A DNA stretch of 64,000 nt from Mobula hypostoma (taxonomy: Eukaryota), in NCBI RefSeq assembly GCF_963921235.1, contig NC_086106.1:20150001-20214000 (forward strand), read 5' to 3'. Position numbers and translations under genes: made by a program. The notes under the pieces are model-generated. The model was given only the letters and a program-made list of their open reading frames with translations. It searched no databases and was not told the DNA's origin. Shown in pieces: positions 51,981 to 63,474 of the stretch; within the stretch, counting starts at the first letter, position 1, and every line of letters starts with the position of its first letter.

Positions 51981-52269
51981 CAAACTGGGGCGAAAACCTC
52001 ACCAAAACAACGTCTATGAAGTGGTACAGAAATACAAAACTTTGGGACTGATGAATATGGAACGCAATGGTCCCTGGACTTTAACAGGACTTTATAATTT
52101 TACATCTATCTTTTATCTCAGGGTTCCAGCATCTGTGGTTTTTGTGACAACACAAAAACATTTAGGGTACAGGATTAGACCCTCAAGCCTGTCTTGAACT
52201 TGAACTGATTTGTCCCAGGTTCGATCTCCTGACTGTAAAAGTTCTCCACAGCCTTCTATCTTAAGACAG

Positions 52270-53690
52270 GAGCAGAATTCGGTCATTTGGCCCATCGAGT
52301 CTGCTCTGGCAATTAATCGTAGCTGGTCATTTCCCTCTCATCCCGAATCCCTTCATGCCCTGACTAATCAAGAATCCCTTAACCTTTGCTTTGAATAAAC
52401 CCAATGACTTGGCCTCCACAGCCACCTGTAGCAACAAATTCCACAGATTTACCACACTCTGGTTATGGAAGCTGCTGCTCATCTCCGTTCTAAATGGATG
52501 TTCCTTTATTCTGAGGCCATGTTCTCTGGTCTTGGACTACCCCACCTTAGGAAGCATCTTCTCCAAGGCCTTTCAACATTCGATAGGTTTCAATGAGTTT
52601 CGCGCCCCCTCCATTCTTCTGAATTCTAGAGTGTACATGCCTGGAGCTAGCAAACGCCCGGAATAATTTTCCTGAACCCTCTCCAACGTCAGCACATACT
52701 TTCTTAAATAAGGGGCCAAAACCGCTCATAATACTCCAAGCGAGTGCCTTACAAAGCCTCAATATTACATCCTTGCTTTTATATTCCAGTCCGCTCGAAA
52801 TGAATGCCAACATCGCATTTGCATTCCTCACCGTCGGAATCAACCTGCAAGTTATCCTGTAGAGAATCCTGCAGGAGGACTCCCAAATTCCTTTGCACCT
52901 CAGACTTCTGAATTTCCTCTCAATTTCGAACACGTTTTTATTTCTTCTACCAAAGTGCATGGCCATGCACTTCCCGACACTGTGTTCCATCTTCCACTCT
53001 GTGGCCATTGTCCTAAATTGTATAAATCCTTCCGGAGCATCTCTGATTCTTCAAAACTACCTGTCCTTCCACCTATCTTCGTATCATCCGCAAACTTGGC
53101 CACAAAGCCACCAATTTTGTCATCCAAGTCATTGACATATAACGTAAAAAGAAGCGGTCCCAAAACAGACCCTTGTGGAACACTACTAGTCACCCGCAGC
53201 CAACCAGAAAAAGATTCCTTTATTCCCACTTTTTACCTCCTGTCAATCAGCCAATGCTATATCCATGCTAATATCTTTCCTGTAATACGATGGGCTCTTA
53301 ACTTGTTAAAGAGCCTCATGCGTGGCACCTTGGCAAAGGCGTTCTGAAAATCCAAGTGTACAACATCCACCGATACCCCTGCTTGTTCATTCTTTAAAGA
53401 ATATGAGCAGATTTATTAAGCAAGATTTTCCCTTAAGGAAACCATGTTGACTACGGCCTATTTTCACATGTGCCTCCACGTACACTGAAAGCACAGCTTT
53501 AACTATCAACTCAAACATCTTCCCAACCACTGAGGTCATAATAACAGGCTTTCATTTCGTTTCTTTTCCCTCTCTATCCTTTCGAAGAGTGGAGTGACGT
53601 TTTCAATTTTACAGTCCCCTGGAACCATGCTCCATTACTTCTTGAAAGATTATTACTAATGCCTGCAGAACCTCTTTAGCCATCTCTTTC
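52270..53690 (-). mobile_element. CR1-type LINE fragment within the J array
   Basis: SSVPQGSVLGPLLFTLYVNDLD..KFADDTKIGG, plus CR1 tail. Confidence 0.85.
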
Positions 53691-53958
53691 TATTTTCTGA
53701 TCATCCAGAACTTCACCCGTTGATAGTACAACACTCAGAAACACCCAGAAGGAAGAAATAAATGATGCAATTCAAAGGAGAAGAAATCACTGGAATCCTC
53801 AATTTTAAATAAAAGATCCCTTCCCCCATATGTTCCTTAGACAAGAATCTTCAGTTGGTGAAAATCCTCCTCACCCAACCTCCCAGCTTTCTCTTAATCT
53901 TACTCGGTTCAATAAGATCAGCTATCATCCTTCTAATATGCTTATTTTCAAGACTTAC

Positions 53959-54018
53959 TTGGTTGTACAAGAAGCATGATCTAAGTAGCAAGTATTGATG
54001 TGCTGACGGATAAAGGTA
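53959..54018 (-). pseudogene. J relic (type E), ...SILAT*IMLLVQP
   Basis: Intact GTAAGT donor 53953-53958, phase-1 end, and 11 codons from the F-position to the end as in true Js. In-frame stop; degenerate RSS (TACAGAG). More decayed homologs at ~57255-57316 and ~63219-63280. Confidence 0.45.
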
Positions 54019-54158
54019 TACAGAGTCCCTGATTCCTTAAAAGATACCTTTATGGTGCCAATCGCACCAACAGGTCAACAGAGCGCCTTTTCTGGCAATA
54101 TTTCTATGCTCCAAGAGGGAACAACGGATCAAATGATTGATAAGCAAGGATGACTTAC

Positions 54159-54215
54159 TTGGAGTTACAGTCAGTCCAGTTCCAGGTCCAAATATTATTT
54201 TGAAGTCACTCTCCA
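54159..54215 (-). CDS. TRAJ: TRAJ segment (type B), ESDFKIIFGPGTGLTVTP
   Basis: FGPG; GTAAGT donor 54153-54158. CACAGTG 54216-54222 + 12 + TCAAAATCT 54235-54243. Confidence 0.93.
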
Positions 54216-55455
54216 CACAGTGTGACACATCCATTCAAAATCTCTACGATCAATTGTGGCGTGCGGCCCGTGGGATACTGTGCACATTTACATGATGCTC
54301 ACACTTCACGCTTTGGAAGGGAATTGTGCACCGAACGAAGAAATGAAAACATATGGACAAGAGTCGCTCGTCTGGCCCTCTGAGCCGGTTTTACCAGTCA
54401 ATACAACATGGTTGATCCACCATCGCAATAACATGCACAACTCGCCCTGTACTTCTCCGTGCTTTATGCATAGACATAATTAGCTGCTGAGTACACGATT
54501 GGCTAAAACATCTTTTTAAAATCTATAAGGCCAATAATAGATATGTATAATTGCTATCTATTTATCTATCTTTCCATCTTATCTTTTTTATCCATCCAGC
54601 TATCCAGCCGTCTATCTACATTTAACCATTTATCAGCCTGTCTGTTTTTTCATACACGTCTCTGACTCTATCTTTCAGTTCGGCTTCATTTGAATCTCGA
54701 TTCATCAGTCTGCCTGTTTGTCCGTCTAACTAGATTATAGACTACAGTAGACATTTTATTCCTAGACTGTGACATCTGAAAATGATTTTCAAAAGAAGGA
54801 GTAAGTGTTGAAGGAGGCATACAGAATATTTGTCTTCGCTAGGCAGATAACTGCAGGAACTTTGTGGAAGAAAATTAGAAACGATTGGTTTGGTCACCTT
54901 TGCAATATTATGCAGCCACTCTATAGGAAGGATTTGACGGTGTTGGAGAGTGTCCAGAAAAAGATTCATTATGCTGTTGCTCAGGTTGGAGAATTTCAGC
55001 TATAATTGATAGTCTCAGTTTGCCCTTATATCTGGCGAAGGTGAGAGTGTCCAGGTTAAGGTGTACACAGTGGTCTGGGGCCAACTTCAGCAGCAAAAGT
55101 TGGCTATGGGAAAGGTACGTAACGATGGAGGACATACGTTTAGAGAGGATTGGATGGTTATTCATAGAGGAATCTTTCATCTAGATGATGGCCGGGATCC
55201 GGAACGCCCAGCCAAAAGTTGTGGAAGCTGTACGCAAAATATTTCATAAATACGTAGACGACAACTTGAATCGCCAAATCATCAAATTCTATGGGTATCC
55301 GTCGAAAAATGGGTAGGTAGGAAGCTCATTATTGGCGTGGATATGTTGGGCTGTGGACTGTAACAGTAATATTACCTTCAAATTCTGTGAGTTAATCAAT
55401 AACATGTCCTACTTTTTACTTTTCTGATGAAGAGAAACTCTGCCATTTTAATTAC

Positions 55456-55518
55456 TAAGTTGAACAACGAGTTTTGTCCCACTTCCAAACGTTAACTTGT
55501 TGCCCATTCCATATATCA
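55456..55518 (-). CDS. TRAJ: TRAJ segment (type F), IYGMGNKLTFGSGTKLVVQL
   Basis: FGSG; GTAATT donor 55450-55455. CACACTA 55519-55525 + 12 + ACAATAAAT 55538-55546. Confidence 0.88.
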
Positions 55519-55680
55519 CACACTAACTGAATTTAATACAATAAATACCCGCTGACCACCCCATTATAATACTCCAAAACTGAAACAGCCTGGTTACCGC
55601 AGCCAATCCCAAATTCAGGCACATTGGAGCTAATTATGCTCATAAACCTTCCATGTTAAGAGCAGGTGAGGGCGACTTAC

Positions 55681-55737
55681 TTGGAATCACAGTGACTCTG
55701 GTTCCTGGTCCAAAGGTTAATGGTTGGATGTTATTCA
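55681..55737 (-). CDS. TRAJ: TRAJ segment (type C), NNIQPLTFGPGTRVTVIP
   Basis: FGPG; GTAAGT donor 55675-55680. CACACTG 55738-55744 + 12 + ACAATAACC 55757-55765. Confidence 0.93.
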
Positions 55738-56654
55738 CACACTGTTAGATAACATTACAATAACCTGGATCGAGTAAATGACACTTTATGGGAAATATTG
55801 ATAAGTGGCCTTAAATATAATGTCTGCTGTGCTGCATTATAAACTACGAATATAACTAATGTAAGTATTTGCTGATACATTATTTTATTTCTATTTGTTA
55901 AAGTATGGATCAATCTATAAATGGACATATTAGCTCAGTCACAGAAAGATACATCTTAGAAACAGACCCTTCAGCCCAACGAGTCGTACTGACCATTAAA
56001 CGCCCACTTGCACTAATCATAAGATCGTACAGCACCGACACTGGCCCTTAAGCCCAGTTAGACCCTCTTGCACGTAATTACAGAAATCCTACCCTAACTA
56101 TTTTTCTCTTCCCAAATTTTCATCAACTCTTTTCAGACTCCTGCATTTGCACACACACTGGAGGCAATATGTCCATTATCATTCCAAACTGCTTGATATT
56201 GAAACGGGGAAGGAAGTCAGAGAAAATCCACAAGGTCGCAGGAAATTCAGGCCAACTGCACACATTCAGCTCTGGAGCTGAGGATGGAATGCAGATCTCT
56301 GGAGCTGTCGTGGCGTTACCTACTGCCCCACTCTGCCATCTCATCTATGTGGGACTTATATCTCTTTTTGTCTTTCAGTTAACACTTTTTGCCTTCCAGC
56401 CCCTCCATTTTTACGTGAAGTTTAAGACATTTCAATAAAAAGAGTCCGTTATCCAATTTTATTTTCAACTAATCATTGAGATGGTAATCACCTAGAAAAG
56501 GAATTTATTTCACCTGAAGTAAATTGACCTGCAACCAGATTGAAAGCTAACCGATCTATCTAAGGGTTAGAGGTTGCACCAAATCGTATTTTCAGACATG
56601 TTGTGTCCCAGATTTACACTTCTTCCTTTAGCGTAGCCAAACATGAGCACTTAC

Positions 56655-56714
56655 TGGGTCTATAGTCACGTTGGTCCTACTCCCGGATATTAACTTGCTA
56701 TTGCCTGTATCATC
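56655..56714 (-). pseudogene. Pseudo-J (type D), DDTGNSKLISGSRTNVTIDP
   Basis: SGSR (TCC GGG AGT AGG) is one substitution per codon from FGSG. GTAAGT donor, but the exon ends in phase 0. Heptamer CACAAAG 56715-56721, no good nonamer. Confidence 0.7.
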
Positions 56715-57456
56715 CACAAAGTATTTGACCCTCTTTGAAATGAACCCGTTTCATTATATTTTAAAAGGGTCATTTGCAATGCCTTCCTTGTTAATTGACC
56801 CTAATTAATAAAAATACTAAGAAGGTTTTATCAATGATGTCGTCTGTATCTGAATCTAGGGGATGTGGGAGAGGTCTTATATTAGCACTGCCCTACTATT
56901 CAACATGAACTGATTTGTCCCAGGTCCCATCTCCTTTTTTGCACGAGATCGTCATAAGCTTGAATTTTCCAATCACACAGAAATTCATCTACTTACTCCT
57001 TCAATATCACCGATGGTCCACCTCTCACAATCAGTTGTGGTGTGGACTTCCAGAGATTCACTCGTCCCTGAAAGAATAAATCTCTAAATGCACAGTTTCA
57101 AATAACAGATCCTTTCCCTTGTTTGTCCCTCATTTACTGGTCTTCAAATGGTGGAAACATCTTCTCATCTAACTGTCAAACCTTTTCGAAATCCACAGCT
57201 TTCAATAAGATCACCTATCGTTCTTCCAATAGATCGTAAATCTAACTTTTCAACATTTTGTACAAGGTGCGTGGTCGCACTAACAAGTATTATAACAGTT
57301 GTCGGCTTCAGATCCGTACAGTAGCTAAGCCAATATCAAGATACTATCAATCCCTCCTGCAAGGCCACAGAAAGACCAGAAAGTAAATATTTCTAGGCGG
57401 CAATAATGCCAAGCGGGAATAATGGACCAAGTGATTGGTGAACTAGGGTGACTTAC

Positions 57457-57513
57457 TTGGAGTTACAGTGAGCCTGGTTCCCGATCCAAATATTAATTTG
57501 ACGTTATTATTCG
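57457..57513 (-). CDS. TRAJ: TRAJ segment (type B), NNNVKLIFGSGTRLTVTP
   Basis: FGSG; GTAAGT donor 57451-57456. CACAGTG 57514-57520 + 12 + CCAAAAACT 57533-57541. Confidence 0.94.
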
Positions 57514-58741
57514 CACAGTGTGAGACGTCCACCCAAAAACTTGGCCCCATTGCCAGATGTGGCGTTTGGCTCATGAGATTCTGTGCACATAGATATGTTA
57601 TTCATATTTCTCATTGTGGAGGGGAATTGTATTCTAGAAAAAGGCCCAGGGGCAGGAATCAACAATTTGGTCCTCCTTGCTGGCTCTGTCACTTAGTACA
57701 ATCATGACGATCCACCATCTCAATGCCATACACTACTTCAGGGTGCTTTTTGCATAGGGATAATTATCGGGAAATAAGTGACAGAACACTGCCTTTGAGA
57801 TATAATGGTAACATTCCATACATGCAATTCCTGACAATCTATCTGTAAAGAGTAAGCACTTATCTGTCTATATGTTGTCAGTCCGTGTACTTACCTACCT
57901 ACCCATCTATCGATCTATCTGTATTTTCCCATGCATCAGAATGAATCAGAATCTCTTTGTCTGTGTACCTTTCGTTTCGTCCATTTGTCTGAATCTCGAT
58001 TAATCTGTCTGCCTATCTGTCTATACAAATAGATTACAGGTTATGGTGGGCATCTGCTATCCTAGGCTATGAGACCTGAAAATCGTTTTGAAAAAAGATG
58101 GAAGTGTTGAACGAGTCACACAGAGTACTTGTCTTCACTAGCCAGGCAATAGAACACAAAAGCACGAAGGTTATGTAACAAGTTTTCAAAAGGTTGGTTT
58201 GGTCACTCTTGGAATATTATGCAATGTTATGGAGCCTCACTATAGAAAGGATTTGATTGTGTTGGGGAATGTGCATGAAAGGTTCGTAAGGTTGTCGCCC
58301 AGGTTGGAACAATTCAATTATGATAGATAGCGTCCGTTTGTTGCTCTTGGAGCTGTCCAGCAAACGTTCATGAAAAAGGTACTTAAAGTTAGAGGACATA
58401 GGTTTAGGGAACGATTAGAGCTCTTAGGGTTATCCAAAGAGGTTTTTTTTTTCACCCAGAGGATGGATGGGTCGGTATGCACGTTATTTAAGAATTATGT
58501 AGAGGATAGCGTGAATGGTCAAATGATCAAAGTGTATAGGCGATTAATTCGTATTTGGGTAGGTAGAAAGCTGATGATTGGCGTGATAATGATGGGCTGA
58601 AAGGCCGCATTCCTTACATTCTAACTTTCATATTACCTTAAAATTCTGTGAGTTAGTTGCATATTTTGCCGGTTTTGGTAAAAAGGCAAAATGTCCTGCA
58701 TTTCCTTCACTGAGGAAGAGAAACTCGGTCATTTTGCTTTC

Positions 58742-58804
58742 TGTGTTCCACAAGGAGTCTTGGTCCACTTCTAAACATTAATTTACTGCCCATTCCACAA
58801 TTTA
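58742..58804 (-). pseudogene. Pseudo-J (type F), NCGMGSKLMFRSGPRLLVEH
   Basis: Paralog of 55456/60146. FRSG; donor mutated to GA. RSS largely retained: CACAGGA 58805-58811 + 12 + ACAATAATA 58824-58832. Confidence 0.8.
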
Positions 58805-58964
58805 CACAGGAAAAGAAACTCTTACAATAATATCCGCTGACTAACCCATTGTAGTGTTTCAAAGGAAATCAGTACTTTTATTCCAGTGAATCCCAAATTC
58901 AGGCATATGAATGCCGATTACGCTCATAAACTGTTTATGTTAAGAGCAGCTGAGGGTGACTTAC

Positions 58965-59021
58965 TTGGAATCACAGTCAGTCTAGTTCCCGATCCAAAGG
59001 TTATTGGTAAGTTGCTTTTCA
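58965..59021 (-). CDS. TRAJ: TRAJ segment (type C), KSNLPITFGSGTRLTVIP
   Basis: FGSG; GTAAGT donor 58959-58964. CACACTG 59022-59028 + 12 + ACAATAACC 59041-59049. Confidence 0.93.
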
Positions 59022-60145
59022 CACACTGTTGGATAACATTACAATAACCCGGAGCCACTAAGGGATTCTTTATGGGAAATATTAGTGAGTCCACTTTAAC
59101 ATAATATTTGCTCTGCTTCATTATAAAACAGAATTGCAACTTATGTAAGCAACTGCTGATACATTATTTTACTTCTGTTTGCTAATTAATGCGTGAATTT
59201 ACTAATGGACGTATTAGGCCAGACATTCAAATTTACGAAACAGAAACAGATCCATCCTATCACTTATTCATTCAGCTATCTATTTGTTTATCTACATTTT
59301 ACCATTCATCAGACTATTTGTTTTCCCGATTGTTTTCTGTGACTCTGCATTTTTCAGTTCGTCTATTTATGTGAATCTCGATTCATCGGTCTGTCTGTTT
59401 GTCTGTCTAACTAGATTATAGGCTATAGTGGACATTTTTTTTCCTAGTCTGTGACATCTGAAAATAGTTTTCAAAAGAAGGAGTAAGTGTTGAAGGAGGC
59501 ATACAGAATATTTGCCTTCACCAGCCAGATAACTGCAGGAAATTTATGGAAGAAAATTAGAAACAATTGGTTTGGTCACTCTTGGAATATTATGCAGCCA
59601 CTCTATAGGAAGGATTTGATAGTGTTGGAGAGTGTAAAGAAAAGATTCATCAGGCTGTTGCCCAGGTTGGAAAGTTTCAGCTATAATTGATAGTCTCAGT
59701 TTGTTTCACTTGGATCTGGCGAAGGTGAGAGTGTCCTGGTTAAGTTGTACACAGTGGTTTGGTGCTAACTTCAGCAGCAAAAGTTGGCTACGGGAAAGAT
59801 ACGTAACGATGGAGGACACAGGTTTAGAGAGGAGTGGAGCTTTTACAGTTATTGATAGAGGGATCTTTCATCTAGAGGATGGTTAGGATACCGAACGCCC
59901 TGTCAAAAGTGGTGGAAGCTGTATGCAAAATATTTCAGAATTATGTAGATGACAACTTGAATCGCCAAATCATCAAAGTCTATGGGGAGCCATCGAAAAA
60001 TGGGTAGGTAGAAAGCTCGTTACTGGCGTGGATTTGTTGGGCTGTGCACTGTAACAGCAATATTACCTTCAAATTCTGTGAGTTAATCAATAACATGTCC
60101 TACGTTTCCTTTTCTAATGAAGAGACAATCTGCCATTTTACTTAC

Positions 60146-60208
60146 TAGGTTGAACAACAAGTTTTGTCCCACTTCCAAACGTTAACTTGTTGCCTATTCC
60201 ATATATCA
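60146..60208 (-). CDS. TRAJ: TRAJ segment (type F), IYGIGNKLTFGSGTKLVVQP
   Basis: FGSG; GTAAGT donor 60140-60145. CACAGAA 60209-60215 + 12 + GCAATAAAT 60228-60236. Confidence 0.9.
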
Positions 60209-60370
60209 CACAGAAACTGAGCTTAATGCAATAAATACCCGCTGACCACCCCATTATAATACCCCAAAAATGAAACAGTCTGGCTACCGCAGCCAGTCCT
60301 AAATTCAGGCATATTGGAGCTAATTATGCTCATAAACCTTCCATGTTAAGGGCAGGTGAGGATGACTTAC

Positions 60371-60427
60371 TTGGAATCACAGTCACTCTGGTTCCTGGTC
60401 CAAAGGTTAATGGTTGGATGTTATTCA
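60371..60427 (-). CDS. TRAJ: TRAJ segment (type C), NNIQPLTFGPGTRVTVIP (same peptide as 55681-55737)
   Basis: FGPG; GTAAGT donor 60365-60370. CACACTG 60428-60434 + 12 + ACAATAACC 60447-60455. Confidence 0.93.
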
Positions 60428-61341
60428 CACACTGTTAGATAACATTACAATAACCCGGAACCAGTAAATGACACTTTATGGGAAATATTGATAAGTGGCC
60501 TTAAATATAATATCTGCTCTGCTGCATTATAAACCACAAATATAACTAACGTAAGTATTTGCGGATACATTATTTTATTTCTATTTGTTAAAGTATTTCT
60601 CAATCTATAAATGGACATATTAGCTCAGTCACAGAGAGATACATCTTAGAAACAGACCCTTCAGCCCAACGAGTCGTGCTGACCATCAAACGCCCACTTG
60701 CACTAATCATAAGATTGTACAGCGCCGACACTGGCCCTTAAGCCCAGTTAGACCCTCTTGCACGTAATTACAGAAATCCTACCCTAACTATTTTTCTCTT
60801 CCCAAATTTTCAACAACTCCTTTCAGATTCCTGCATTCGGACACACATTGGAGGCAATATGTCCATTATCCTTCCAAACTGCTTGACATTGAAACGAGGA
60901 AGGAAGTCAGAGAAAATCTACAAGGTCGCAGGAAATTCAGGCCAACTGCACACATTCAGCTTTGGAACTGTGGATGGAATGAAGATCTCTGGAGCTGTCG
61001 TGGCGTTACCTACTGCCCCACTCTGCCGTCTCATCTATGTGGGATTTATATCTCTTTTTGTCTTTCAATTAACACTCTTTGTCTTCCTGCCCCTCCATCT
61101 GTACGTAAAGTTTAAGACATTTCAATAAAAAGAGTCCGTTATCCAATTTTATTTTCAACTAATCATTGAGAAGGTATCACTTGGAAAAGGAATATATTTT
61201 ACCTGAAGTAAATTGACCTGCAACCAGATTGAAAGCTAACCGATCTATTTAGGGGTTAGAGGTTGCACCAAATCGTATTTTCAAAATGTTATGTCCCATC
61301 TTTACACTTTTCCTTTAGGATAGCCATACATGAGCACCTAC

Positions 61342-61526
61342 TGGTTTCCATAATTACATTGGTCCTACTCCCGGATATTCTGACGTAGGGTCTCGGGCTG
61401 AAACGTCGACTGTACCTCTTCCTAGAGATGCTGCCTGGCCTGCTGCGTTCACCAGCAACTTGAATTTCTAGCATCTGCAGAATTCCTCGTGTTCCCGGAT
61501 ATTAACTTGCTATTGCCTGAATGATT
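61342..61526 (-). pseudogene. Pseudo-J (type D) interrupted by a 113-bp retroelement fragment
   Basis: Paralog of 56655. GTAGGT donor 61336-61341; heptamer-like CACAAAC 61527-61533. Insertion 61380-61492 with 11-bp TSD. Confidence 0.7.
61380..61492 (+). mobile_element. Penelope-like terminal-repeat fragment (113 bp)
   Basis: CTGACGTAGGGTCTCGGGCTGAAACGTCGAC..GATGCTGCC, same family as 29350-29470; 11-bp TSD TCCCGGATATT (61369-61379 / 61493-61503). Confidence 0.8.
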
Positions 61527-62582
61527 CACAAACTACTTGACCCTTTTTGAAATGAACCAGTTTCATTATATTTTGAAAGGGTCATTTGCAATGCCTTCCT
61601 GGTTAATTGACCCTAATTAGTAAAAATACTAAGTAGATTTTATCAATGATGTCGTCTGTATCTGAATCTAGGAGATGTGGGAGAGGTCTTATATTAGCAC
61701 TGCTGATCAGTAATCGACAGGGATAAAGACATGAAGGATAGCGGTTAATGTGGTGGGTTGGATATAGAACAGTTCTGAAAATGTGGCTTGAAACGCATAT
61801 GGATGGATAACTTAACTCCCCAAAATCGGTGAAACGTTTTCCAGAATACTGTGGAAAACCAGGGAAATATTGCTGCATCCCGATGGAGAATTTTACATCT
61901 TCGTGTTTACAGTTAAGGTGTCAAAACACTGGAGGACTCCTCGCGTTTTCTGTTATTTCAGCAGTATGGCTAAAATAGGCTGGTGAACCTAAAATCAGTG
62001 GTCGGTGGATGGAGTAAATTTTAAGGAGCAGGAATTTTGTAGATTTGGCAAAACAAAATGCATAAAGGCAGTTCGCATGGTGTAGTTTGTGGTAAATTCT
62101 GCCTTACTAATTTGGTTGATTTTTTAAAAGGAGAATACCGAGAAGACTTACGAAGCTAGGGCAATAGATGTCTCTACAAACTTCAGTAAGACGTTACCGA
62201 TGGTCCTACCACTAAAGACCTGCGTGGTAGCATGATTCAGAATGATGCAGATGAGAGTCACAGCTATTTTGCTAATTGGATGCAAAATGGACTTTATGAT
62301 AGGAAGAAATGGGTAATGGTAAAATAATTTTCTTTTCTGATTGAATTCTAGTATCTGAATATATTAATATTTAAATGCAATCAGCTCGCAGCAGCAATAG
62401 GACATATATCCCAACTTACTTTCAAAGAAGCAGTCTGTGTGTGTGTATATATATATTTGCTTTTCACCTTGGAGTCTACTCCTGTTCTCACATGACACAA
62501 TTCAACCAGGTTTTCTTGATTTTTAAACTTACGAAGTTCACTCAGGGATATATTGCACACAGTACAAGCAAAGTCGACTTAC

Positions 62583-62639
62583 GTGGAGTTACAGTCAGGC
62601 TGGTTCCTAATCCAAATGTTATTCGGTAGCTCTGACCCA
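62583..62639 (-). CDS. TRAJ: TRAJ segment (type A), GQSYRITFGLGTSLTVTP
   Basis: FGLG; GTAAGT donor 62577-62582. CACAGTA 62640-62646 + 12 + TCAAAAACT 62659-62667. Confidence 0.92.
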
Positions 62640-63420
62640 CACAGTAGTGGGCAGCCTCTCAAAAACTCGTGTGCTAGGCGCTATAGAAATGTAAACCTTT
62701 GTTTTGGTAATGATGGCTGTAGATTGTGATGGCCCCAGGACTGAAACTTAGCAGGAGTTTCTTTTTTAAAAAAAATCTCGGGGTAGCAGAATTTGATTTT
62801 GTTTTCTGATTAGAAAGAAACTCTTATGGACAGGAGGCCACTCTGTCACTCAGACCTGCCCCGCTATTCAATATGAACTGATTTGTCCCAGGTCCCATCT
62901 CCTCTGTTGCACGAGATCGTCATAAGCTGGAATTTTCCAATCACACAGAAATTCATCTACTTACTCCTTCAATATCAGCGATGGTCCACCTCTCACAATC
63001 AGTTGCGGTGTGGACTTCCAGAGATTCGCTCATCCCTGAAAGAATAAATCTCTAAATCCACAGTTTCAAATAACAGATCCTTTCCCTTGTTTGTCCCTCA
63101 TTTACTGGTCTTCAAATGGTGGAAACATCTTCTCAGCTGTCAAACCTTTTCGAAATCCACAGCTTTCAATAAGATCACCTATCGTTCTTCCAATAGATCG
63201 TAAATCTAACTTTTCAACATTTTGTACAAGGTGCGTGGTCGCACTAACAAGTATTATAACAGCTGTCGGCTTCAGATCCGTACAGTAGCTAAGCCAATAT
63301 CAAGATACTATCAATCCCGCCAGCAAGGCCACAGAAAGACCAGAAAGTAAATATTTCTAGGCGGCAATAATGCCAAGCGGGAATAATGGACCAAGTGATT
63401 GGTGAACTAGGGTGACTTAC

Positions 63421-63474
63421 TTGGAGTTACAGTGAGCCTGGTTCCCGATCCAAATATTACTTTGACATTATTCG
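63421..63474 (-). CDS. TRAJ: TRAJ segment (type B), NNVKVIFGSGTRLTVTP
   Basis: FGSG; GTAAGT donor 63415-63420. CACAGTG 63475-63481 + 12 + CCAAAAACT 63494-63502. One codon shorter than its paralog at 57457. Confidence 0.94.

Noticed and set aside
52137-52160. Perfect nonamer GGTTTTTGT with an inverted ACAAAAACA
   Set aside because: No heptamer at 12 or 23 bp on either side, and the context resembles a retroelement tail.
53900-53950. J-like ...LIEP end with GTAAGA donor
   Set aside because: The sequence TTCAATAAGATC matches the CR1 tail seen at 7660, 40890 and 57200.
55688-55694. Consensus heptamer CACAGTG inside J 55681
   Set aside because: A by-product of Val-Thr-Val codons: no nonamer at 12 or 23 bp, and not kept in the paralog at 60371.
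62527-62576. Donor plus CACAGTA mini-J upstream of J 62583's donor
   Set aside because: Only 25 nt between donor and heptamer, no FGxG and no nonamer.
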